This document shows, piece by piece, positions 48,501 through 57,873 of a stretch of 64,000 bases of DNA. The position numbers and the translations under genes are program-made. How positions within the stretch are numbered: position 1 is the first letter of the stretch; each line of letters opens with the position of its first letter. The notes under the pieces are model-generated. The model saw only the letters and a program-made list of their open reading frames with translations. It ran no database searches and was not told where the DNA came from. The stretch comes from a virus: IMG/VR virus record IMGVR_UViG_3300042988_000341, positions 24,578-88,577 of that record, one strand, 5' to 3'.

Positions 48501-51415
48501 ACACAATCTCAACGATAGCGGACACCGTTACGCTACCCGCTACCATCACAAAAAACAGCACTAGAATTGCTATCAGCGATACAACGGGCTTAGCAGTAAA
48601 CTCAAAAGTATGGTTTAGTGATGCGCTTGATAATATTAAAGAGGGCACTAGTGCCGCTAACAACTACACAGTGACTGACATATCATCAGGTAATACTATC
48701 ACTGCTACATTCGCCGCTAACACCGCTAATATCTTAGTTGACGATACTACTAGTCTCAAGCTCAATCAACCTATTACGCTAGCTAACACCATTGATAATA
48801 ACTTGACTAACGCTGCTACATACTTTGTTCGTTCAATAAATAATACTATCATTACATCGGCGTCTACTACTGGTAATACAATCACAGTAAACTCAATACA
48901 GGGCTTAGACACAGGCGCTAACATCACTGTCACTAGCTTCACGCCGCGTAGCTACACTAAAGTAGTTACTGCTACAATGACTGCTACGCCCGCTAACTAC
49001 TATGCTAATCTCGATGTCGGCGCTGACGCTAACGTCTATTATTCTGGTAATACGAAAGCTAACTACTCCGGTAACTTAATACTAATAGCACCAGACGCCA
49101 CTAACATTAATACAGAACAATACGCGGTATTCTCTAATGTTGAGTTTGGCAATATCAATGGCACTAATGTCGGTAACTCCACTACTGCTAACGTCAACAC
49201 TATATATACAGTATGGGCAGAACCAACAGTAGCGGGTCAAGCTAGACGTAAAGTTACATTGGTTGATTTAGATGTAACATTCATGTCTAACGCTACAGGC
49301 TCAATGATAGCTAAGTTTATCGAACCCAATGCCGCAGTAACAGTAAACACAACAGCTAACTTCTATCAAGTATCATCGGTATCAGGCTCAACAATCACGA
49401 TTGTAGAAAGTGCTAACGCAAGTAACGAATTCAACGTAAACACTCGTGCTACGATGACATTGACTACCGCAGCTAAGAACAACATCACTATCTCTACTGC
49501 CATCGATAGTAATGCTATGATCAAGTCAACTGCTGCTCTAACGACATCAGCTACGACTAGAAACCCAACGATTACTCTAGCAAACTTAACACCTAACGCT
49601 AACGGCACATTGTCATTAAGCTACACGGCTAAGCACATCACGGTATCATCTAACGGCAACGTCATCATAGCTAACGCTAGTAACACTATGTCGATCTACT
49701 CAACAGATCATCCGCCACTAGTATCCGGACCACATGAATACAAATTCGTGATGTCTGGCACTATCAACGCCGGCATTGGCTGGTCATCACCGGATGGCAA
49801 TCTAGGCACTATCACGTCCGGTAGTACAAGTATGCTTAATATCGAAGCTACATTCGGTAGTGATAGCATCGAAACTACTGCTACGATTACTAACGGCAAT
49901 GCTAACATCGGCGTAGTCAGCGCTAAGAGCTTGCTACAAGGTCAACCTGTTACGTTCACTGGCAACAACGTTGGTAACATCTCTAACGTAGCTACCTACT
50001 ACATCAAGAGTAACGTTACGGATACAAGCACAGCGCTAACAATCAGCAGAACACTAGGCGGCAACGTAGTGACTCCTAACGCTACTGGCACAATGACGCT
50101 ACGTTCAACTGTTAATGATGGTAGATTCAAACTAGTTGACGGCTCACTACCTCCCGGACTCAAGCTACTATCAACCGGCGACATCGTTGGTCGTGTAGCA
50201 TTCCAGCCTACTGAGAACTATCAAACAGCTAACACCGCTACTACATACAACTTCACAGTACAAGCATACAGTAAGAAGTATGCGGAGATCACTAAAGAGC
50301 AGGAGTTCTCAATCACAACGGTACAGAAGTATGTAGAGCCTTATGACAACTTATACGTAAGCGCATTAATCAACGAAGATCAACGCAGTAAAGTAGACAA
50401 TCTACTAGTACACATCTCAGGCACACAGGACAATAGCGTCACTAAGAATATCTATCGTAGTGCTGATGTAAACTTTGGCGTTGCTACAGGTATTAAGTAC
50501 GGTCACATGTACGGCGTGTCATCAAAAGCTAGTGGCACATTCTATGAAGCATACGCCGCAGCTATTGCTAAGAATCACTACTACAAAAATCTAACCTTGG
50601 GTGACTTAAAGACAGCGGTTGCTAGAGATGAGAATGGCAATATCGTATACGAAGTTGTGTACTCACCGATCGAAGACAGCTTAGTCAGTAGTACTGGTGT
50701 ATCAATCAGTAAAGACTTAACATGGGTTAGAGAGATTGTCACTGAGCGCGATGCTGCCGGTGAACCGCTAGTAAGTTACGGCACACTAGTATCACCTAAC
50801 AGTCTCACTAACATGAGACAGCAAGTAGAAGACACAATTGGCAGAATAAACAACAGTGATGTCTTACCGTTATGGATGGTCACACAACAGGCAGACGGCA
50901 ACGTACTAGGCTTTGTGCCTTGCTGGGTACTATGCTACACCCTACCAGGCAAGAGCAGTGTTGTCCTATCAAGTATCTCAACTTACTTAGCAGACAATAG
51001 CTTCTCACTCAATCAAGTCAGCTTCGACATGGATCGCTTCGAAGTAGACAGAGCACTAACGTATACATATGGCGGTACTACCGGCGACACCTGGCCAGAA
51101 TTGACTGCTACATTCACTAACGGTAACACGGCTATCGTAGTCAACAACACAGTGGGCTTAACTAATAATCAACCAGTTAAGTTTGTTGGTACTGCGGTAG
51201 AAGGCGTTAACCTTGATGCTACATACTGGGTCAGTAATGTGGTAGCGAATACTATCTGGGTTAGAAATCAGCAGTATGGCAACGTAGTGAGTACAGCACT
51301 AACACCAAAAGCAAATGGAACAATGACCTTATCTACTGTACCTAAGAGTACGATGGTAGCAGATGATAGTCAGGATACATACGTTATCTTTACACAGAAT
51401 AACATCATCAAGTAA
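45527..51415 (+). CDS. Large virion structural protein with putative Ig-like repeats
   Basis: Repeated 'W.TPAGS.G' and 'G.LP.GL.L...G.ISG.P' modules; Asn/Thr-rich middle; 1962 aa. Confidence 0.7.
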   Translation: MALTWTTPAGSIGTYKETLPISFQFLTSSTDAGTVTYSLSSGYLPTGTTLSATGLLSGVPLTNNTDTAQVIWFVVRARLTKSDSSTEDVYETFNISIAPWLNWVTKAGSLGEYAAYSSLNIQLQTRIPPVQMSYVRYSLVAGALPDNVTLNTTTGVISGKPTTTDKFKVSTFSIKATGYGFSGIEVAQQTQQFSITVGMWATPPIGTMESNMLGPFTGGQPIHPVQFICSPGLNNTIKYEIIDQSQLALRPITATYNGVSGIAAAELVGLPEVVAADRQFSFTLRVTKQNSANVTVIDERRFVYVVLARSQPKWITPPGQVTTTITTTTGTVSSNNKITVDDPTNIVSGLIVTASSITQPTTVTSITGQVVTLSSNVTSNSSIPYTFIKNTHTEGTSFTHVFSAQAAVRGDIVNFELLNGSYPAGNLVLTQTANNTATLSGTLAQVSANTTTPFTIRAIEKNNTTVVGISDRTFDITVAGPTPPTFATITGMLGDMSTRYYADVPAASISNITNNGNSVVVSVAPYNLTNYGITNNTPIYIAGIIGGTATTLNKNMYYVSNADSSNSTFELCLNAGSNNTPTNPLTLPSITYTAGGTVGRVSLDSTYFETQIVANLNDPDVTAIFTLDSGLLPDGLELSTSGLISGYPTSKRTTIDDAGLPVYWGAVDVNGSPTTKLSTFTVRVTTQSGTSTAEYSIAILNQEAAWSLNQYLAGTSEEFPGRVPVLLNTRPLTQVISNTDPYFAYYSTDSNIGRYTQDNQLVYKMIGHNFNAGETESAEYGLTYTITGLTAGIADSANAFAPTIATFTANDSNVVMTTLNALGTTISFIGSNVGNTVLSNGDAANVNTYVGNTMKYYWSAVPNTVNTINLYTNKDTNIANVITHVVGDLVTPTANGTLQTLDATMLISPTSSNVAANGWINGTLGNIGTDINTYKFNVTVAAPNLVANINTTATISNYSSIILVGNTYGLTVGRQVNFTGNSVGNISNSETYTISTIADTVTLPATITKNSTRIAISDTTGLAVNSKVWFSDALDNIKEGTSAANNYTVTDISSGNTITATFAANTANILVDDTTSLKLNQPITLANTIDNNLTNAATYFVRSINNTIITSASTTGNTITVNSIQGLDTGANITVTSFTPRSYTKVVTATMTATPANYYANLDVGADANVYYSGNTKANYSGNLILIAPDATNINTEQYAVFSNVEFGNINGTNVGNSTTANVNTIYTVWAEPTVAGQARRKVTLVDLDVTFMSNATGSMIAKFIEPNAAVTVNTTANFYQVSSVSGSTITIVESANASNEFNVNTRATMTLTTAAKNNITISTAIDSNAMIKSTAALTTSATTRNPTITLANLTPNANGTLSLSYTAKHITVSSNGNVIIANASNTMSIYSTDHPPLVSGPHEYKFVMSGTINAGIGWSSPDGNLGTITSGSTSMLNIEATFGSDSIETTATITNGNANIGVVSAKSLLQGQPVTFTGNNVGNISNVATYYIKSNVTDTSTALTISRTLGGNVVTPNATGTMTLRSTVNDGRFKLVDGSLPPGLKLLSTGDIVGRVAFQPTENYQTANTATTYNFTVQAYSKKYAEITKEQEFSITTVQKYVEPYDNLYVSALINEDQRSKVDNLLVHISGTQDNSVTKNIYRSADVNFGVATGIKYGHMYGVSSKASGTFYEAYAAAIAKNHYYKNLTLGDLKTAVARDENGNIVYEVVYSPIEDSLVSSTGVSISKDLTWVREIVTERDAAGEPLVSYGTLVSPNSLTNMRQQVEDTIGRINNSDVLPLWMVTQQADGNVLGFVPCWVLCYTLPGKSSVVLSSISTYLADNSFSLNQVSFDMDRFEVDRALTYTYGGTTGDTWPELTATFTNGNTAIVVNNTVGLTNNQPVKFVGTAVEGVNLDATYWVSNVVANTIWVRNQQYGNVVSTALTPKANGTMTLSTVPKSTMVADDSQDTYVIFTQNNIIK

Positions 51416-51421
51416 TTGACT

Positions 51422-51429
51422 AATAAATA
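51422..51429 (+). promoter_or_regulatory. T4-like late promoter (AATAAATA)
   Basis: Intergenic, upstream of 51453. Confidence 0.55.
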
Positions 51430-51452
51430 CATGAATAAGAGGAATACAAGGA

Positions 51453-53720
51453 ATGAGTAATATCAATACAGGATCAATCGTAGGCAGCTACCCAAGCCCA
51501 GGCGTTAACAATTCTAGCCAGGGCTTTAGAGATAACTTCACTTCGATTAAAAACAACTTAGATACTGCGGCAACAGAGATTACTGACCTACAATCGAAGG
51601 TACTAGTCAAGTCAGCGTTGTCTGGTACTAGTATGGACAATGATATGAACAATGGTATCATTGCTAACGTACAGACCCTGAGCTTTAGAGCTAGTACATA
51701 CAATCTAGGCACTAACTTGAGTGGTACAGTGACGGTTGACTGTACTCTTGGTGATGTTCAGTATGGTACGATGGATGGCAATTCGATTGTGCCTTTAAAT
51801 CTACAGTTCAGTAAGTGGGCTCCTAGTGGTACCAGAGGTGTGATTGACGTTATTATTGATATTGCTGGCGGCAAACAAATTATATTACCTGACAGTGTTA
51901 GTATTGGCTTAGACACCATTGAAGGGCTAGACAGTTCAGCCACATATCCTCTGATTACTATTCCATCCGGCGTTACAAAAGTACACTATCAGTTCGCATC
52001 AGTTGATTGCGGTACAACAGTTGAAATTGTGCCTGTTGATCGCCCAAGACAAACAACACAGATCAAGTATGCTAACTTCATCTTCACTGGTGGTAATATT
52101 GACTTGACTAATGGCAGTACTACAGTTACACTAAACACCGCCACAAATACAACCTATGCCGCATTTACTTCCGATCTAACTAATACAAAACTGATCTTAA
52201 AGTCATCTAATGTAATCATTGGTTCTGGTACATTTATAGATAGTACTACATTCACTCTGTTATCTCCATACAGCGGCACTACTGTTACTGATGTCGAGTT
52301 CATTTACGAATCTTTTAGAGGTGCCGCGGGCGATGTAGTTGGCGATGTACGCACTGATGGTACTGCGCTGTATGTATGTAACACGGTGTTCAGTACTAGC
52401 TCAACTAGTAACATATGGACAACAGTATCAGGTGGCGGTTCATCATCATTTAGTGGTGATTATGATAATAGCAACGTTATCGCCCTACTTAACTCAAATT
52501 CATCGTCTGTTCTGGATATCAAAACAACACGCAACATCAGCGCTGGACAAAATGCGACAATCACGGGCACCCTAACTGCTAATAATATTATCGCTAGTAC
52601 TTTATTGACAGTAACGACTGCTAATGTGACTACTGTTAATGCTACTGGTAACGTATTAGCTGCTAATATAACTGCCAACACTAAGTTAACTACGACGGCA
52701 CTGGATGCTACTGGTAACGTATCATTTACCGGTAATGTAACCTTGGGCACAGTAGCAAATGTACACATCACTGGCGGCAGCGCAAATCAGTATTTAATGA
52801 CAAATGGTCTTGGTGGGTTATCATGGGAAACGGTATCATCTAACGGTGGTGGATCAGGCACAGTAAGCTCAGGCGCTGCTAATCAAATTGCTTTCTATTC
52901 AGGTGCTGGTACCACAGTGGGACAAACTGGTGCTAATTTAACGTGGACAAATGGTAATACATTAACTGTTGTTGGTAATGCCAATGCTACTATATTTAAT
53001 GGCACTACTGGCGCAATCACTACTATCAATTCTACTACGGTAAGTACCGCATCATTAACTGCTACGGGTAACGTAGCGTTGAGTGGCGCAAACGTATCCC
53101 TAGGTAATGTATCAAATCTACGCATCACTGGAGGCTCAAACGGTCAAATGTTAACTACTAATGGTGTTGGTGGTCTAAGTTGGACATCGGCATCTTATGC
53201 AGATTCTAACGTTATCTCGTTATTGGAAACTAGTGGCCGTAGTAATAATATCATCACATCCGGCACTGGCGACTTCGGTGCGATTACTACCAGAACAGCT
53301 ACTGTTAGTGGCAATTTAACATCCGGTAACGTATCAGCATCAAAAGCGAATGTGAATACGATGGGAGTAGCAGGGCAATTAACCACTAATGTGATTAATT
53401 CTAACGTGGCTATCATCAATGGTAATGCTACAGTAAATGGTACACTAACAGCTAATGCTATCGTCACTAATGGTAGTGGTCCAGTCACAGTTACAAGTAC
53501 AAGTTCTATCCAGTTAACTACTGGTAGCGGCTCACAAGTAATTACTAGTAGTGGATTAAAAGTAGGTGGTAATATCTTTACTACGCCTATCACTAGTGGA
53601 ACACCAGTTGGTACCACCGGTACAGCTGGGCAGATTGTGATTGACATCGGCAACAGCAAAATTTGGGTGTGTACGGTGAGTGGATCACCTGGTACATGGA
53701 AGTCAGCAACACTAAGCTAA
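51453..53720 (+). CDS. Tail fibre-like structural protein
   Basis: 'NNSSQGFRDNF' N-terminus; duplicated 'GNV.LG.V.N..ITGGS..Q.L.TNG.GGLSW' fibre motif. Confidence 0.65.
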   Translation: MSNINTGSIVGSYPSPGVNNSSQGFRDNFTSIKNNLDTAATEITDLQSKVLVKSALSGTSMDNDMNNGIIANVQTLSFRASTYNLGTNLSGTVTVDCTLGDVQYGTMDGNSIVPLNLQFSKWAPSGTRGVIDVIIDIAGGKQIILPDSVSIGLDTIEGLDSSATYPLITIPSGVTKVHYQFASVDCGTTVEIVPVDRPRQTTQIKYANFIFTGGNIDLTNGSTTVTLNTATNTTYAAFTSDLTNTKLILKSSNVIIGSGTFIDSTTFTLLSPYSGTTVTDVEFIYESFRGAAGDVVGDVRTDGTALYVCNTVFSTSSTSNIWTTVSGGGSSSFSGDYDNSNVIALLNSNSSSVLDIKTTRNISAGQNATITGTLTANNIIASTLLTVTTANVTTVNATGNVLAANITANTKLTTTALDATGNVSFTGNVTLGTVANVHITGGSANQYLMTNGLGGLSWETVSSNGGGSGTVSSGAANQIAFYSGAGTTVGQTGANLTWTNGNTLTVVGNANATIFNGTTGAITTINSTTVSTASLTATGNVALSGANVSLGNVSNLRITGGSNGQMLTTNGVGGLSWTSASYADSNVISLLETSGRSNNIITSGTGDFGAITTRTATVSGNLTSGNVSASKANVNTMGVAGQLTTNVINSNVAIINGNATVNGTLTANAIVTNGSGPVTVTSTSSIQLTTGSGSQVITSSGLKVGGNIFTTPITSGTPVGTTGTAGQIVIDIGNSKIWVCTVSGSPGTWKSATLS

Positions 53721-53724
53721 TCAT

Positions 53725-55644
53725 ATGAGTGATACTAACAAAGTTGTCTTAACAGTTAATAAGGGTGTTGACATAGATGCTCTTATTGAGGAAGTACTTG
53801 CTACTGGTATTACGATATTCGATATCTATCCAGGTAGTAACAGAAACGTAGCATTCACTATGACACGTGAACAGATGGAATTCTGGGAACAAGATGGCCG
53901 AGTGATGGGTTGTCGTTGGGGAACTAAGGCAGAGAATGGTATCGTTGAGAGAACTGCTGCTAGTGTTAATAATCTTGTATTCGGTAGATTACCAGATCAA
54001 ATAACAGATGCTCCTACTAGTTATATGGAATCTAATTGGGGACTATACGAATGTGTTAGTAAAACAACTAGACCATATGGCACTACTGGAAAAGTAGGTT
54101 CTACTATAAATTATACACTTGATGGCACTGATGTTGATGTAATTATACAGGATACTGGTATCGAGTATAACCATTCTGAGTTTAAAGATTCCTTTGGTAA
54201 GAATAGAATTAAAAAAATAAATTGGGACGCCGCAGAAATAGTAACTGGGTTCACCCAAGTTAGTAAGCGTATAGTTACATATAATTTTAATTATGATACA
54301 GTTTTGCCACAGATAGGCTCGTATGTTACGATCACTGGCGTATATTCATGGGAAAATCAGGGCTTCCTACCTGGGCCAAATCCTGGTATTATTCCAAGTG
54401 AATATAATATAGATAGAGTTCTAGTGACCTCAGTCACTAGTACTAGTATAACCGTTGATTATATTACTCCTCGAATCAACAATGTGTCATCTATAGATGG
54501 AGCACTGGTGGCATGGATACAAGAAGGCGAGGTAACGGGCCTGCCAAAGTTCTATACAGACGCTAGTGGTCATGGAACCAATGTTGCTAGTATTGCTGCC
54601 GGTAAAACTTATGGATGGGCTAAGAATGCTAATGTTTACCCCATGCACATAAATTTTGACCAAGATACAGGTGGTATGGATACTGGTGCTAGCTTCGTTG
54701 CTATTAGAATGTTCCATTTAAACAAACCAATTAATTCTAAAACTGGAGTTAAGAACCCAACTATAGTTAATATGAGTTGGGGGTCATTCTATGACCCTAC
54801 TACGGGTTATATAACCTCCGGTAATTGGAGAGGCAATAATTGGACTTTTACGGATACGGAAATTTTAAATAAAGTAGGATTTGTATCATTTAGTGGATTA
54901 TCAGGTCTTCGAAACCCAGATATCGATGCTGAGATACAAGATTGTATTGATGTAGGAGTAATATTTGTTGGAGCAGCGGGTAATAATGGGTATTTGGTAT
55001 CTAATAAAACTGATAGTGACTACAATAATTATGTAACTTTAGTGACAGGAAATAAACTTTACTATCATCGAGGGTCATCGCCAGCTTCAGCGGATAATGT
55101 GATATGTGTAGGGGCTATTGATTATACATATCGTGGCGAGGAAGTGAAACCGAAACCATCTTATTCTCCTGTCAACTCAACAGCCAAAGCATACTTCAGT
55201 TCCTGCGGCCCAAGAATCGATGTGTGGGCACCCGGCGGTATGATATTAGGAGCATGGTCAGCAGCCGGAAGAACATCTCCATATTCGCCAACCGCTGGAC
55301 CATGGCAATATGGTTCGACATCTTACACAAATGCTAAAGAATCCGGTACCAGTCAAGCGTCACCGCAGGTCACTGGAGTATTAGCTTGTCTTCTACAAGC
55401 GAACCCGCACTTTAATCAGTATGATGTTAGACGTTGGATAGCAGAGAACAGTGCTGACGGTAAAGTAGCTAATGTAGCAAATTCATCGAATAATACCACG
55501 GCGTTCTCAACTACAACTTCGTATAACGATCCATATAATCTACAAGGCTCAACCACAAAATACTTGTACATGCCATATGCAACTGACACTAACGGCAACG
55601 TATCAGGCTCAGGCTCATTCTCAGGAGGAGGCTTTTCACTATGA
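53725..55644 (+). CDS. Subtilisin-family (S8) serine protease
   Basis: Catalytic motifs 'QDTG', 'GHGTNVAS', 'AAGN' and 'SGTSQASP'. Confidence 0.9.
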   Translation: MSDTNKVVLTVNKGVDIDALIEEVLATGITIFDIYPGSNRNVAFTMTREQMEFWEQDGRVMGCRWGTKAENGIVERTAASVNNLVFGRLPDQITDAPTSYMESNWGLYECVSKTTRPYGTTGKVGSTINYTLDGTDVDVIIQDTGIEYNHSEFKDSFGKNRIKKINWDAAEIVTGFTQVSKRIVTYNFNYDTVLPQIGSYVTITGVYSWENQGFLPGPNPGIIPSEYNIDRVLVTSVTSTSITVDYITPRINNVSSIDGALVAWIQEGEVTGLPKFYTDASGHGTNVASIAAGKTYGWAKNANVYPMHINFDQDTGGMDTGASFVAIRMFHLNKPINSKTGVKNPTIVNMSWGSFYDPTTGYITSGNWRGNNWTFTDTEILNKVGFVSFSGLSGLRNPDIDAEIQDCIDVGVIFVGAAGNNGYLVSNKTDSDYNNYVTLVTGNKLYYHRGSSPASADNVICVGAIDYTYRGEEVKPKPSYSPVNSTAKAYFSSCGPRIDVWAPGGMILGAWSAAGRTSPYSPTAGPWQYGSTSYTNAKESGTSQASPQVTGVLACLLQANPHFNQYDVRRWIAENSADGKVANVANSSNNTTAFSTTTSYNDPYNLQGSTTKYLYMPYATDTNGNVSGSGSFSGGGFSL

Positions 55645-55874
55645 TCACCCACCCATTCGTAGGCTCATTAGAAGATGTCAACATGGACGAACTAGCGAAC
55701 AAGATAGCAGACTTGAACAAGAAGCTCGCATTCGCTAGTCGTAACGGCAAATATGAAATGGCAGGCCAGATACAAATGGTGCTACAATCATACCGTGCCG
55801 AACTAGACAAGAAGCAACGAGAACTATTCGACGCTACCTCGTCTACGATTCAAGGCAAGATCGACATCAGCTAA
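55641..55874 (+). CDS. Hypothetical coiled-coil protein
   Basis: ATGA overlap; GGAGG upstream. Confidence 0.6.
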   Translation: MITHPFVGSLEDVNMDELANKIADLNKKLAFASRNGKYEMAGQIQMVLQSYRAELDKKQRELFDATSSTIQGKIDIS

Positions 55875-55895
55875 CGTCAATTGATCCAAAATCAA

Positions 55896-55925
55896 TTGAC
55901 ACTACAATCATAACTGTGCTATCAT
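55896..55925 (+). promoter_or_regulatory. Sigma70-type promoter, probably leaderless
   Basis: TTGACA-18-TATCAT (TG extended), then 6 nt, then the ATG at 55932. Confidence 0.7.
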
Positions 55926-55931
55926 AGCGCC

Positions 55932-56444
55932 ATGATCAAGGACAACTACGAACAATTCATCTTCACGGAGCAAGAACTCTGTGAAATCTTGTTCGCACGT
56001 CCAGACGCAAAGCTCAAGACAGCACTAACGACGACTAAGATCACTATCGATCCTGACTTAGAGTTAGAGCATACCCCGAATCTCATTGAGTATGTCAACA
56101 CCAGTGAGACACTAGACGAGTTCGACACTAGACTACAAGCAAACTGGCTAATGCCTCAAGCGTATCAGGACTTAGACATTGTCCAGTACATTCTTGATCA
56201 ATGTCAAACAGACGCCCAACTTCAACGAGTGGGCGAAGAACTCCTGCTCTACGTTGACCGTAATCTCCTACCCCTGCTCCAATATTTAAAATACTTAGTA
56301 GACACCCTCCGAGTAAATAAGATAGTATGGGGAGTAGGTCGAGGCAGTTCAGTAGCATCATACGTACTGTTCTTGCTCGGCGTACACAAAATCGACAGCC
56401 TATACTTCGATCTCCCAATCACAGAATTCTTAAAGGAAAATTAA
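55932..56444 (+). CDS. dnaE: DNA polymerase III alpha-like fragment
   Basis: 'R..EEL', 'WGVGRGSSVASYVLFLLGV..ID.L...L....FL'. Ends before the catalytic PDxD motif. Confidence 0.75.
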   Translation: MIKDNYEQFIFTEQELCEILFARPDAKLKTALTTTKITIDPDLELEHTPNLIEYVNTSETLDEFDTRLQANWLMPQAYQDLDIVQYILDQCQTDAQLQRVGEELLLYVDRNLLPLLQYLKYLVDTLRVNKIVWGVGRGSSVASYVLFLLGVHKIDSLYFDLPITEFLKEN

Positions 56445-56445
56445 T

Positions 56446-56976
56446 ATGGCAATTCATCGCTCAGCAAACGGCAAGTCAGTAGACATGGCAAAACTTCGTG
56501 CTCAGAATCAAAACGTTCGAGCAGTTGGCAACATGAACGTCAACGCAAACGGTGACACACTCGACAGTAACAACAGAGTAATCGATGACAGCACTAATCG
56601 TGTCAATAGAGTGTATGGCAAAACAACGCAAAACATCGGCGCGGCAACTCGTCGCACGGCACCAAAGGCAGCACCAACACCGCCTGCTCCTGCCTCACGC
56701 CCTCAACCACAAGCAGTTACACCACCTCCAGCACCAGCACCAACGCCAGTGCCTGTACCTCAACCAGCACCGCCACCCCCTGCAGCTCCAGATGTAGCGC
56801 CACCTACAGTAGTCGTTCCAACTCCTGCTCCAGTACCGCCGACCGCACCTCAACCTGAGATCGAGCGTAATCCTCTTATCCGTTATCCAGACGAAGATGA
56901 TGAAGACGATATCGTTGACCTAGATGACTACGATACCGAAGAGCCAGTTGGTAAAGAAACTCTAAAAAAGAAGTAA
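56446..56976 (+). CDS. Hypothetical protein with Pro-rich linker and acidic tail
   Basis: AAGGA SD; 'RAVGNMNVNANGD' N-terminal domain, long P/A/T tract, D/E tail. Confidence 0.65.
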   Translation: MAIHRSANGKSVDMAKLRAQNQNVRAVGNMNVNANGDTLDSNNRVIDDSTNRVNRVYGKTTQNIGAATRRTAPKAAPTPPAPASRPQPQAVTPPPAPAPTPVPVPQPAPPPPAAPDVAPPTVVVPTPAPVPPTAPQPEIERNPLIRYPDEDDEDDIVDLDDYDTEEPVGKETLKKK

Positions 56977-56992
56977 ATTGATCCAAAAGCTA

Positions 56993-57021
56993 TTGTATCT
57001 AACCTCAAATACTGATACAAT
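56993..57021 (+). promoter_or_regulatory. Sigma70-type promoter, probably leaderless
   Basis: TTGTAT-17-TACAAT (TG extended), then 6 nt, then the ATG at 57028. Confidence 0.65.
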
Positions 57022-57027
57022 AGCTAC

Positions 57028-57396
57028 ATGATCAAATTAGCATTCGAACCCCACAAGATAAACAAGGCTCAACTCAAGCCACTAGGCGATCACGTAATTG
57101 TCATGGACATGAGCTTCAAAGAGCGTATCATTGGTAACATCATCCTGCCTAGTGACGACGGCAAATCATCCGGTATCCGCCCACGCTGGGCACAAGTCTA
57201 CGCAGTAGGCCCTGAACAACACGACATCAAAGTAGACGAGTACATCTTGGTCGAACACGGACGTTGGACCCGTGGTATCGAAGTAGAAGATGAGACGGGC
57301 AAGCACACACTTCGTCGTGTAGACCCAACTTCTATTATGATGGTCAGTGACCAACCACACTTAGATGAGACTATCTCTGACAAGGTCTCAGGCTAA
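57028..57396 (+). CDS. groES: GroES-like co-chaperonin
   Basis: 'LKPLGDHVIV', 'GNIILP', 'VYAVGP', 'IKVD'. Confidence 0.75.
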   Translation: MIKLAFEPHKINKAQLKPLGDHVIVMDMSFKERIIGNIILPSDDGKSSGIRPRWAQVYAVGPEQHDIKVDEYILVEHGRWTRGIEVEDETGKHTLRRVDPTSIMMVSDQPHLDETISDKVSG

Positions 57397-57515
57397 TGTA
57401 CATCACAAACAAATACGGCTCAGTCAAACTCCCGTACGATGGCGAGTTACTAGTCTGGCTACAACAACAGTACCCTAACTCACTTTACAAGGCAGTCGAA
57501 TATGAAATGGCTTGA
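57396..57515 (+). CDS. Small 39-aa protein (absent from ORF track)
   Basis: MYITNKYGSVKLPYDGELLVWLQQQYPNSLYKAVEYEMA*. TAATG coupling, and it fills the gap. Confidence 0.55.
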   Translation: MYITNKYGSVKLPYDGELLVWLQQQYPNSLYKAVEYEMA

Positions 57516-57873
57516 TGAACTAGTGCTCAAACGAGCAAACACGCTAATACAGCGACGGATCGATGCCGGCCAAGCAGAGAAAACTAAACAGAATTATGAA
57601 ATGACTAGGAGCACGGCATTGAGTATCAACGGCGGACAATTCTCACCAGGCACAGGCATCAAAGTAGCATCAGGACTAAATCGTGCTGACTTTAACAGAG
57701 ACAAGTCGATGAACTTCACCTTACATCCAGCCATCGGCGGATTCATTCTAGAACTCTCGCACTACGATGCCAGCACTGATCGCTATTCGCAACGATTACA
57801 CATCATCAATGATAGTGACGACATGGGCGATGCTATCTCAAAAATCTTAACATTGGAGTTACTACGTAAATGA
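57502..57873 (+). CDS. Hypothetical protein
   Basis: Operon-coupled ORF. Confidence 0.6.
   Translation: MKWLDELVLKRANTLIQRRIDAGQAEKTKQNYEMTRSTALSINGGQFSPGTGIKVASGLNRADFNRDKSMNFTLHPAIGGFILELSHYDASTDRYSQRLHIINDSDDMGDAISKILTLELLRK

Noticed and set aside
1976-53659. Many short minus-strand ORFs inside the structural genes
   Set aside because: These are antisense shadows of Thr/Asn/Gly-rich codons, with no SD, promoter or recognisable motifs.
56660-56860. C-rich low-complexity tract
   Set aside because: Explained by a Pro/Ala/Thr linker in the 56446 ORF.
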